IMG/VR virus record: IMGVR_UViG_3300000318_000081
Coordinates: 1-58,513 of that record
Source: a virus
Lineage: Duplodnaviria; Caudoviricetes
Reading direction: 5' to 3' (one strand)
DNA: 58,513 nucleotides
Positions 38,567 through 46,813 of the stretch are shown in pieces. The translations under genes were made by a program, and so were the position numbers. The notes below the pieces were generated by a model, which saw only the letters and a list, made by a program, of their open reading frames with translations, was not told the DNA's origin and did not search any database. Position 1 is the stretch's first letter, and every line of letters starts with the position of its first letter.

Positions 38567-38770
38567 TTACGCTATTGCTTTAATACCTTTTGCGGCCACC
38601 TTCGCTGTTTCTTTAATGTTCTCGTAACTCATTTCAAGTGTTTCCTCATAGCCTATGCCATACGTCCGATCTTCTCCCTCTTTTCTCAACTGATTTAGTG
38701 TTTGGTACTTTGTGATCTGAAGCAATGCGGTGCGCATCTTATTGAAATTTGCTTTCTCTTTATCGTTCAT
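38567..38770 (-). CDS. Hypothetical protein
   Basis: 67 aa, overlaps the HTH gene. Confidence 0.65.
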   Translation of the reverse strand: MNDKEKANFNKMRTALLQITKYQTLNQLRKEGEDRTYGIGYEETLEMSYENIKETAKVAAKGIKAIA

Positions 38771-38976
38771 GGTTCCGATTTTATTATGTCTATTTTACTA
38801 TCCAATTCTTTTGCAATCCGAACAAGAACATCAAGTCCGGGGGAATACTTCGCGTTTTCTATTCTGTTTAAATCTACTCTTGTTACTCCTGATAGATTAG
38901 CAAGTTCTAACTGTGTAAGATGTTTTTGTTTCCTGAGTTTTGAAATCTTCTTTCCAATGCGCTCTCTATCGTTCAT
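38767..38976 (-). CDS. XRE/Cro-family HTH regulator
   Basis: IGKKISKLRKQKHLTQLELANLSGV....NRIENAKYSP. Confidence 0.9.
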   Translation of the reverse strand: MNDRERIGKKISKLRKQKHLTQLELANLSGVTRVDLNRIENAKYSPGLDVLVRIAKELDSKIDIIKSEP

Positions 38977-39217
38977 ACCATTCTGGGTTATTTTTTCGTG
39001 ACTTATAACAATGATTATTTGTTTCTCTCAATTTCTTTAGATCAGCTAATGCCTTTCCTGTTACATCTTTAAACTGAAGTAAATTATCAGACTCGAAATT
39101 TTCTTCTATAAACTGTTTTGTTTCATCAGTAAGTCCTACGTATTGTTTGAGGACTTCATTAGCAGTTCTATTTATCCTCTTTAAAGCCCGAAGGTCTGAA
39201 GTTGTTGGTGTATTCAT
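38966..39217 (-). CDS. Hypothetical protein
   Basis: 83 aa, first gene of the moron operon. Confidence 0.65.
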   Translation of the reverse strand: MNTPTTSDLRALKRINRTANEVLKQYVGLTDETKQFIEENFESDNLLQFKDVTGKALADLKKLRETNNHCYKSRKNNPEWYER

Positions 39218-39249
39218 ACTCTTTATTTTTTTGATTGTTTTTTACTTCA

Positions 39250-39294
39250 CAAATGTAGTAGTTATACATGAAATGTATCCTTATTACGATACAT
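39250..39294 (-). promoter_or_regulatory. Moron promoter with palindromic operator
   Basis: TACATTTG (39257-39250); ATGTATC-N8-GATACAT at 39273-39294. Confidence 0.65.
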
Positions 39295-39320
39295 ATTTAA
39301 CTATGATTAACCATAAACGA

Positions 39321-39350
39321 AAACCCCCTACAATTTAATGCAAGGGGTTT
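39321..39350 (-). terminator. Terminator
   Basis: Minus-strand RNA AAACCCCUUGCA-UUAAAU-UGUAGGGGGUUU, fully paired with G-U. Confidence 0.7.
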
Positions 39351-39370
39351 ACTTATTATTTTAATCAATT

Positions 39371-39766
39371 CTAATCCTCTTCTGGTAGAAAATCGGAAAG
39401 GTCTGCATCTTCTAACCAGTTTGTGATCGTTCCGGTTTCATCAATGTCCAACTCTAAATAATCACCATACTCACCCGGAAGTAAAGCGTTAGGCACATAG
39501 TTACTTTCGATTGATAAGACTTCTTTCCCTTCTACATCCTGTAAGAAATACGATCCTTCATCACATATCTTCATACAGAATGATCCGGTTTTCCCCTGTG
39601 GCCAATCAATGATCTTTCCTTTATCAATATCAATAGTTGCGATCCACATGTCACCAACTCTAAATGGGAAGTCATTTGGAATGTCTTCTTCACCATACCT
39701 TACGGCTATTTCTACTCTTACTGTCTTAATCTCCACTTCAGTGGGAACATAAATTGTTACTTTCAT
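39371..39766 (-). CDS. Hypothetical acidic phage protein
   Basis: 131 aa, KICDEGSY and GDYLELDID motifs. Confidence 0.7.
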   Translation of the reverse strand: MKVTIYVPTEVEIKTVRVEIAVRYGEEDIPNDFPFRVGDMWIATIDIDKGKIIDWPQGKTGSFCMKICDEGSYFLQDVEGKEVLSIESNYVPNALLPGEYGDYLELDIDETGTITNWLEDADLSDFLPEED

Positions 39767-39790
39767 TTTGTTGTTTTTAAATTGATAATC

Positions 39791-42736
39791 TTATCTCATT
39801 TTTTCATTATTATATTCTACTTCGGCTTCGGCTTCTATTTGCGATATTTCGCTTTGTTCGTCTAAAGCTGCCGCGAAACAGTAAATAAATTGCCTATGTT
39901 TGTTCTGTGTCATTAATCCCAAGTCAATATCTTTATAGTTTCCCGAATTAAACGTCATTCCTTGTACTGGCACGAAGTTTATACCATCATTGGAACAATG
40001 GTTCATTGCTATCATATTCTTAGCCCCTATGAGCCTTGCACGAAGTATTAGCCTATCCAATTTCTTTTTATCTGGTGTTGAAAAATTGAATGGTCTCGTT
40101 ACGATTGATACATTAGCCTTATCGTATGTGGTAACATTTACTAGGGTAGTTGTCTTAGGAAGTGAGTAATCCTTCAAGTAAGTATGATCCGTTGTTTCAG
40201 TGACTAATAATTCAGGATAAACACCTCCAACCACTTTATCAATCTTCTCTGTTGACTGATACATTTCCCTTGTATCAATATTCAGAACGAAATTATAATC
40301 CATAGAAGAATTTACAATTATTATCTCATTATTAAGATTGTCGTAAATAATATCTGTTATGGTTTCCAAGTAGGTAGAGAACCATTCGTTCCATGTCTTC
40401 AGTCCTGAAATAGTTGGAACGCTTGTTATAGATGGCAATGTAATATTGTAAGGTGTTGGCTCTTGTTCTAACTTTGGAGTTAAGGAATCTACCTGCTGAC
40501 CATTTATAATAAATAAACCACGTTTTCCAATAAAAACAACCCCAAAAGGTGTTGAACAAATAATGTCTGAAATTGGAGTCTCATTGCTTATTGGAGTTTC
40601 ATTAGAATAGACCACATCCCCGGACCCTACATTTAATGCGTACACGTTCTCAGAGGTTAATACATACATAGGATATTGGCCAAATTGTCCATCGCTTGTA
40701 CGCATTGCATTTGACCTGGCATTTCTTATAAACCCTGAGCCCACTAAATAAGTATTTATAGAAAGGAAGTCGAAAGGATTATTTAGCTTAGACACTTTCA
40801 TCCCATTACGATAAATATCTTCCCGTTGAACCTCAGATGGCACATTCTCAATTGCTCCAGAAGTAAAAGAAGTAAAAGGTATTGGTTTTAAATCATCCGG
40901 TATGTAGTATGAATAATTCTGATAGTCACTTGATGTTAGTTTGAATGTTTGCTTCGCATAGAACGAACCAGTATAGTTATTGTAAAACTGATATATAGTC
41001 ATTTCAGTTGCTCTCGAATCCGGGTAACTAAGCATCCCTAAATCCGTGAATGAACTTAAATCAGTGCTATATCTAACTACTTTTGATATTCCGATAGTCG
41101 TTTTTATTGAAACTTCAATGTAATACATGAAAGTAGCACTATTTGGGGTTACAGAAGTAGCTAAAAACTGTCCAGCTCCTTGTTTAGCTTGTAAATAATT
41201 TAGTGGGAATCCGCGAGAAAACAATGTTTTATAGTCAATGGCATGAAGTCTTGAATTATAAACCATCTGCTTTTTCGGAACTAAGGCATGATGTGTAAAA
41301 TTATCAACAGGAAGTAATTCTAAATTTATAAGAGAATCTCCGAGTTTATCCTTCAAATCAATATCAATCCAATCGCCTGAAACTATTTCATCAAATGTAA
41401 TTTCATGTACCTTATAAAACTCTGTAAGTGTTTCTATATCTGTTTTAAGTTCCGCATTAGTCTTGATTACGGGAAAATGATTCTCTGCACAGTAATTTGA
41501 ATTACTAGAGTCCATATATCTGGATTGTTCAATAAATGATGATTTTCCAGATACTTTATAAAGTTGGGTAGAAGGAGTTATAAAAACTGATATTGATTTA
41601 ATAAGAGGTTCAAAAGACTTATCAATATTTTGGTTTATCTTAAATTGAAGTTTATTATAAGAAGCCCACATCCATGTTGGCTTTGCTATTACATTCCCAT
41701 CTGAATATCTCTTATCATAATACCCCATCAAATTGGGTATATAGTCTAACTCTGTAGCTACTTTATTTGTTGAAGCTGGAACAAAAGCATAAGAGCCTCC
41801 AAGACCCGCTTTAAAACTTCCATCATCTTCTGGCGTTATGGTTGTATAAGTACCATCTCCATGTTCTATCTTAAGATTAATTCCATCAATGACAAGATCA
41901 CATCCATTTAAAATTGATCCTCCATCTACTATTGGCCAAAATATGGCTTGTTTTGACTTATAATCAAAAGTTTGACTATCAGCAATTAATTCCGAATACC
42001 GTGTTTTTTCATCCCATGCTTCACCACATAAAACAGGATTTGATTGAAGAATGTAAGAACCATCATATAGTTCAACAGCCGTACATGCAAAAAAGAATCC
42101 GGTGAGTTTACCTTCTGCTTGAAGCAAACTAATAGCTTTATTCATCAATCCATTTGTAGAATCAGCTCTTAACTGACGGTTTGTTGACGAATCAGAATCA
42201 CCCGTACTCGAATATCCAAACGTTGTATCACTCTTATAAAGTCTTACTTCTCTCTTTCCTGCTGTACCCAAATATCCGGTGTCCCCCATAACTCCAGTTA
42301 CTCTTAAATCTACTTCTCCAATAGGAGTAATAACATTATCTGTCTGAAGTCCATCGTAATTTGTAGAAATTAATCTATACGAGTTATCATACCACATAAT
42401 GTATTTGAATCCAGTAGAGTCAAGTATATTTAAAATGTTACCAATTTGGGTTATTGTCGGAATACTAGATACGGCGCAAACTAATGTTTCCGTTGAATCG
42501 GTGAAGAAATACACATTGTTGTTTCTTATTCCGATCCAATTTTCACCAGTACTAGGAAGGTTGTGCACAAACAAGACATCATAATAATTATTTAGCTGTT
42601 TTGTTATCTGTCTTGGAGTAACCGGCTTTAAAGCTCCGTTTTTCTTTCGAAGGTTTACTAAGGACATACAGTCTCCATCTGGATAGGCGGACGAAGTTGT
42701 TATCCCTGTAATTGGGATTTGAGTTCTGATTGACAT
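39791..42736 (-). CDS. Tail stabilisation / nozzle protein (P22 gp10-like)
   Basis: 981 aa beta-rich; DGDCMSLVNLR, GQFGQYPMY, VVFIGKRGL, TRPFNF; preceded by the late motif. Confidence 0.68.
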   Translation of the reverse strand: MSIRTQIPITGITTSSAYPDGDCMSLVNLRKKNGALKPVTPRQITKQLNNYYDVLFVHNLPSTGENWIGIRNNNVYFFTDSTETLVCAVSSIPTITQIGNILNILDSTGFKYIMWYDNSYRLISTNYDGLQTDNVITPIGEVDLRVTGVMGDTGYLGTAGKREVRLYKSDTTFGYSSTGDSDSSTNRQLRADSTNGLMNKAISLLQAEGKLTGFFFACTAVELYDGSYILQSNPVLCGEAWDEKTRYSELIADSQTFDYKSKQAIFWPIVDGGSILNGCDLVIDGINLKIEHGDGTYTTITPEDDGSFKAGLGGSYAFVPASTNKVATELDYIPNLMGYYDKRYSDGNVIAKPTWMWASYNKLQFKINQNIDKSFEPLIKSISVFITPSTQLYKVSGKSSFIEQSRYMDSSNSNYCAENHFPVIKTNAELKTDIETLTEFYKVHEITFDEIVSGDWIDIDLKDKLGDSLINLELLPVDNFTHHALVPKKQMVYNSRLHAIDYKTLFSRGFPLNYLQAKQGAGQFLATSVTPNSATFMYYIEVSIKTTIGISKVVRYSTDLSSFTDLGMLSYPDSRATEMTIYQFYNNYTGSFYAKQTFKLTSSDYQNYSYYIPDDLKPIPFTSFTSGAIENVPSEVQREDIYRNGMKVSKLNNPFDFLSINTYLVGSGFIRNARSNAMRTSDGQFGQYPMYVLTSENVYALNVGSGDVVYSNETPISNETPISDIICSTPFGVVFIGKRGLFIINGQQVDSLTPKLEQEPTPYNITLPSITSVPTISGLKTWNEWFSTYLETITDIIYDNLNNEIIIVNSSMDYNFVLNIDTREMYQSTEKIDKVVGGVYPELLVTETTDHTYLKDYSLPKTTTLVNVTTYDKANVSIVTRPFNFSTPDKKKLDRLILRARLIGAKNMIAMNHCSNDGINFVPVQGMTFNSGNYKDIDLGLMTQNKHRQFIYCFAAALDEQSEISQIEAEAEVEYNNEKMR

Positions 42737-42749
42737 AGTCGTTTATTCG

Positions 42750-42794
42750 CAAAAATAAACGACTACAAATCAAAAGCTAATCCTTGACACTAAA
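42750..42794 (-). promoter_or_regulatory. Putative late promoter 4 (tail)
   Basis: TTTAGTGTCAAG (42794-42783)-N22-GTTTATTTTTG. Confidence 0.7.
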
Positions 42795-43052
42795 ACATTT
42801 ATGATCAGACTCTATTTGTTTGAACTTTTCATCATTAGTAGATCGAAGAGCATCAATAATAACTAGACTATTAATTACTGTTGCATGGTCCCGGTTGAAC
42901 ACTTGTCCTATTTGATTCAATGTCATGCCTGATTTACGTAAGCATTCAATACATAGATTCCTTTTTATTCTAACCTCCATCTTTCTGGACTCTCCAAATA
43001 GTTCATCCTCGGCTATTCCGGTCATTTCTGATTGATATTCGCGTGTACACAT
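42777..43052 (-). CDS. DnaA domain IV (Bac_DnaA_C)-only DNA-binding protein
   Basis: LFGESR..EVRIKR...MTLNQIGQVFNRDHATVINS matches the DnaA signature SLxxIGxxFxxRDHTTV. Confidence 0.82.
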   Translation of the reverse strand: MCTREYQSEMTGIAEDELFGESRKMEVRIKRNLCIECLRKSGMTLNQIGQVFNRDHATVINSLVIIDALRSTNDEKFKQIESDHKCFSVKD

Positions 43053-43053
43053 G

Positions 43054-43362
43054 TTATTTATAGTTTATAGGTCTCCATTTTATAACTTTAAATTTAAAAT
43101 CGTTACCGTTATCATGCCAAACTTCCTCATCAGATAATTCCAATGCAGTAAAATCGGTGCATTCTGGAACAATTTCATATTCAACGAATACTTTAATATC
43201 TGGCTGAGGTAATCGTTCGGTTACCGAAATCCATCTTTGAACTGCATCTATGGCGAACCTTGAAGCAATTCTCAACTTATTCTTATCAGATTGAGACTGG
43301 TCTTCACCGGGAACCTTGCAGATGTTTTCTGCAAGGTTTAGAATATCATTAATTGTTTTCAT
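43054..43362 (-). CDS. DUF551-like hypothetical protein
   Basis: RWISVTERLP...VIKWRPI. Confidence 0.7.
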   Translation of the reverse strand: MKTINDILNLAENICKVPGEDQSQSDKNKLRIASRFAIDAVQRWISVTERLPQPDIKVFVEYEIVPECTDFTALELSDEEVWHDNGNDFKFKVIKWRPINYK

Positions 43363-43609
43363 ACGTTTTATTTGATTTGTCTTTGTACATATTTACTAAA
43401 ATGCAGTATTCTTCTTTAGTAATTACCAATTCCTGCCTGCAATACCACTTAGTCCAAAACTTTCGAGACTTTTGATATAACCCTGCAATAGCATTGTTCT
43501 CTGTTAGTACATGTTTGTGCAGTACAAATGCACTTCTATACTGGAATAGTTCTAAAGTGTGTATCTCTCCATCGTCATATATCTGCTTAATAATTATAGT
43601 GGCTTTCAT
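43349..43609 (-). CDS. Hypothetical protein
   Basis: 86 aa, coupled ORF. Confidence 0.55.
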   Translation of the reverse strand: MKATIIIKQIYDDGEIHTLELFQYRSAFVLHKHVLTENNAIAGLYQKSRKFWTKWYCRQELVITKEEYCILVNMYKDKSNKTYENN

Positions 43610-43935
43610 CTATTTAGAGTTATTAGTTCGAATTCAAAATACTCGTTTCCCTTTTCTACAAGTTCGGTATCAACAACAGCTCTTCTAATTAGCTTATCGT
43701 TGAATCCGTACTTTTTACTGAGAATGTCTTGTAATGGTTTTACTGGGTTATCCCAGTCGGCCAAAGGAGAGCTAAAGCCAAATTTTAGATGAATCTCATA
43801 AGGGGGAGGAGGGAGCTTTATTTTTGGTAGTATCCAAAGAAGTTTCGTTTGATAAGCACAATACTCATCCGTTTTATATCGTTTTCCTCTCCAAACCTCA
43901 TTTACTGATAGGGGTTTTACATTTAGTCTAGGCAT
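43606..43935 (-). CDS. rusA: RusA-like Holliday junction resolvase
   Basis: PLSVN; DWDNPVKPLQD; FNDKLI. Confidence 0.82.
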   Translation of the reverse strand: MPRLNVKPLSVNEVWRGKRYKTDEYCAYQTKLLWILPKIKLPPPPYEIHLKFGFSSPLADWDNPVKPLQDILSKKYGFNDKLIRRAVVDTELVEKGNEYFEFELITLNR

Positions 43936-44252
43936 TTCGGCCTTTCTCTTTTGTAGTTTGGGTCGATCTCACGACCTTTTACCTTGTCTTCTGACATCTC
44001 TAACAATTCAGCCTGATAAAGCCCAAGAAGGTGAGCGAAATGACTTAGGACAGAATATAGATCACTTGTTTCATCTTTCAAATGGGCTAATCGTTGTTCC
44101 GATTGTCCAAATGAGGGTATCTCTAAATATTCATTTAATGCTTCTTCTAGTTCCTCGAATTCTTCTTTAAGTTTAAAGAATCTACTTTTTAAATTTGTTC
44201 CAAACTTCTTGTCACACATTTGCGTAAAGGTATGTTCTGCTATATTCTTCAT
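43923..44252 (-). CDS. MazG-like NTP pyrophosphohydrolase
   Basis: KLKEEFEEL...DETSD (EExxE / ExxD). Confidence 0.72.
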   Translation of the reverse strand: MKNIAEHTFTQMCDKKFGTNLKSRFFKLKEEFEELEEALNEYLEIPSFGQSEQRLAHLKDETSDLYSVLSHFAHLLGLYQAELLEMSEDKVKGREIDPNYKRERPKCLD

Positions 44253-44659
44253 TCTATTGGTGTTAATTCTTGTGATTTAAAAAGATAAATCATAGCATTG
44301 ATTGAAAACTTACCTTTTGCAGGTTTCAACGGTGTTATGAAAGATTCTCCATGTTTCTCAACATATTCTACTAAATTGCATTGTTTCCAACTTACCGATC
44401 CGGTTTCAAAGTTCAAGAAGGTAATCCTTGATATTATTTCTTTGTTCCCATTTGTGGGAAAGAATTTTTGACCTTTATTGATATATTCGTCATATATTCT
44501 TTTTGCTTCTTCGTAGTCCTTTTTTTCTTCTTCGGTCTGCGCTTCGGTCTGTTCTCCAATTTTAAAACTGGCAATACAATTAAGTCCTACTGCGTGATTT
44601 CCGAGTCCCCAACAAATCACCTCCTTGTATGGAATTAAACTAAAATCTACTTTTAACAT
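44249..44659 (-). CDS. Hypothetical protein
   Basis: 136 aa. Confidence 0.65.
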   Translation of the reverse strand: MLKVDFSLIPYKEVICWGLGNHAVGLNCIASFKIGEQTEAQTEEEKKDYEEAKRIYDEYINKGQKFFPTNGNKEIISRITFLNFETGSVSWKQCNLVEYVEKHGESFITPLKPAKGKFSINAMIYLFKSQELTPIE

Positions 44660-44660
44660 G

Positions 44661-45608
44661 TCAATATCTAAATTTAGTGAAGTGAATTATTGCAATCGGT
44701 TTCGATAAGTCTGCTTTACGAAACCAAGCTTTAAAGTCTGGAAGAGATAAGCCGTCATTATGCGCAATGGTTGACAACGATAAACCACCATTACCATTAG
44801 AGTCAGTTAAAGCAACATCGTTGTTTTTTAAAGCTCCATGTATCATGATATCAGAAAGATTAAGCTTTTGTACTCCAATCCCTGAATCCTTATCAAACCG
44901 GGCAATCTCAACCGGATGACTACCGTCGTGTAATCGGTTGTAAGGACTTTCCGACCACATTCGGAGTGAAAGAATAGCCTCACCGCGGTTTACTTCGTCA
45001 ATCTTTCGTTTCCACCCTTCGTAATTTTCTCGGCAGGTGTGAAGCTTAGGATCAAGTCCAATAAATTTACTATCATGTTGGTGTTTGAACTTGACTTCAC
45101 CGTGAAGTCCAATAAGTATTTTTTCAACAAAATAGGTTGGTTCTCCTTTTCTTGGGTGATCGTGCGGGAATCGTGGAGAAACCCAAAGAACGTGCGTTTT
45201 GATTTTCTTAGATGAAATATTTCTATCAATATTAAAATGAGTAAGTTCTATTTCATTCCTTTTGGATAGTTTGCATTTACCAGAAAGTAGATTTAACATG
45301 CATTTATCAATATCTTCTTGATCTTTGTAATCATATGGATTGAATATAAAGTCGTTCCTACCTCGTTTCATGCGTTCAAAATCAATGATTGTATAAACTA
45401 CTTCATTTTTTAGATCATCAAATGCTTGTTTTTTTGTGCAATAAGCATCCATATCTACTTTGTATTGTAGTAAATTATCATCTTCTTTTTTATCTAATTT
45501 ACGTGTACAAATCGCAAATTTTCCCTTAACTGCTTTTACCATATAAGGTAATTTTTCTTCACTAAAAGTGATAAAATCATTAACTTTTATCCCTGATTTA
45601 TTCTTCAT
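44661..45608 (-). CDS. Hypothetical two-domain protein
   Basis: 315 aa; C-half with KLHTCRENY..W and IAHNDGL...F.AWF. Confidence 0.7.
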   Translation of the reverse strand: MKNKSGIKVNDFITFSEEKLPYMVKAVKGKFAICTRKLDKKEDDNLLQYKVDMDAYCTKKQAFDDLKNEVVYTIIDFERMKRGRNDFIFNPYDYKDQEDIDKCMLNLLSGKCKLSKRNEIELTHFNIDRNISSKKIKTHVLWVSPRFPHDHPRKGEPTYFVEKILIGLHGEVKFKHQHDSKFIGLDPKLHTCRENYEGWKRKIDEVNRGEAILSLRMWSESPYNRLHDGSHPVEIARFDKDSGIGVQKLNLSDIMIHGALKNNDVALTDSNGNGGLSLSTIAHNDGLSLPDFKAWFRKADLSKPIAIIHFTKFRY

Positions 45609-45614
45609 ATCTGT

Positions 45615-45926
45615 TTAAAATTTATGTACGAATTGGGTTAATTCAATTGAAACTTCAGTTTCTGTACGTTGGTAGAAATCAATTACTATCGGTTGATCCA
45701 ATAACAAGTTAATAAATACCATTAGTTTGTACATTTGAATCGGATTGAAAGTATAAGCTATTATACATTCACGTGGGTTTAATTCAATTTCTAATTCTAA
45801 GTTGTTATGCTCGCAGACAAAACGAATTTCCTTTTTAGAAGGAGTTATAGCAATGTTCTTGCAGTTATCTAAAATAGCCGCTTCGATACACTTAGAAAAT
45901 GCTTTTGTTGATACTATTATTTTCAT
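45615..45926 (-). CDS. Hypothetical protein
   Basis: 103 aa. Confidence 0.6.
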   Translation of the reverse strand: MKIIVSTKAFSKCIEAAILDNCKNIAITPSKKEIRFVCEHNNLELEIELNPRECIIAYTFNPIQMYKLMVFINLLLDQPIVIDFYQRTETEVSIELTQFVHKF

Positions 45927-45927
45927 A

Positions 45928-46188
45928 TTATTCTGTTGCTTTTTTGATTACGTCCCTTAAAATAAAACCTATTTCAGAATGTCCTCCTTGATGCCGTTCT
46001 AATGCTTTTATACATGCTTCCAATAATTCAGGGGCAGCAGCAATTAGTTTTGCGTTGGATTCTGATTCTTAAAAATCCATATCGTAAGATAATATTTCAG
46101 CTATGTAATGGCTTTTATCGGCTCCAATATGAATTTTTCTTTCTGACGGTCTTACAACTGTGTACCAATTTCCTTTAGTATGTGCCAT
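45928..46188 (-). pseudogene. Third HTKGxW..NAKLIAAAP paralog with an in-frame TAA
   Basis: MAHTKGNW...MDF*ESESNAKLIAAAPELLEA...IKKATE; stop at 46071-46069. Confidence 0.85.
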
Positions 46189-46507
46189 ATTATTCGGTTG
46201 CTTTTTTGATTGTTTGTTTTGCGTTTCTAAGAGCTATTACTTTATGATGTTCAGCATTACCTGTGTCATCAAGTACGGAGTTAACCATATCAATTAATGC
46301 TTCTAATAATTCAGGCGCTGCGGCTATAAGTTTTGCGTTTGCACGATATTCTTCATATTCAATAAATGTTGAATTCACAGTTGCGATAGTTGGATATGTC
46401 TTAATCCCATCTCCGTTATGTCTACTTTGGATAGTTGGGTATTTATCACCCTGTACAAACCAATTTCCTTTAGTGTGTGCCATATTATTCGGTTGCTTTT
46501 TTGATTG
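46164..46507. repeat. 49-bp direct repeat at paralog junctions
   Basis: 46164-46212 vs 46459-46507, one mismatch; partial third copy at 45924-45949. Confidence 0.9.
46190..46483 (-). CDS. HTKGxW..NAKLIAAAP family phage protein, copy 2
   Basis: ATG at 46483 MAHTKGNW; ends IKKATE. Confidence 0.8.
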   Translation of the reverse strand: MAHTKGNWFVQGDKYPTIQSRHNGDGIKTYPTIATVNSTFIEYEEYRANAKLIAAAPELLEALIDMVNSVLDDTGNAEHHKVIALRNAKQTIKKATE

Positions 46508-46763
46508 CATTTTCAATAAACTCATATGTTTCTTGTGTGGGTACTTCTTTTTTAGTATGCCAAAAACCAATTAATTCTTTAGTTTTTAGTAATGCTTCAA
46601 GCATTTTAGGCGATGCAGCGATTAGTTTTGCGTTCGAAATTTGCTCGTTAAACGAAACGTCTCTATCTGGAATTATCGCAATCTTTGGAGTTCCTATTGC
46701 CCATATTTTTATATTACCACCATCTTTGGGGCTAATTTTCCATTCTCCTTTTGTATGTTCCAT
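46485..46763 (-). CDS. HTKGxW..NAKLIAAAP family phage protein, copy 1
   Basis: MEHTKGEW...NAKLIAASP...IKKATE. Confidence 0.8.
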   Translation of the reverse strand: MEHTKGEWKISPKDGGNIKIWAIGTPKIAIIPDRDVSFNEQISNAKLIAASPKMLEALLKTKELIGFWHTKKEVPTQETYEFIENAIKKATE

Positions 46764-46813
46764 ATTATTGACCGGTTTACCTATTCACCGGAAGGCTTTA
46801 TTATTGATAATTA

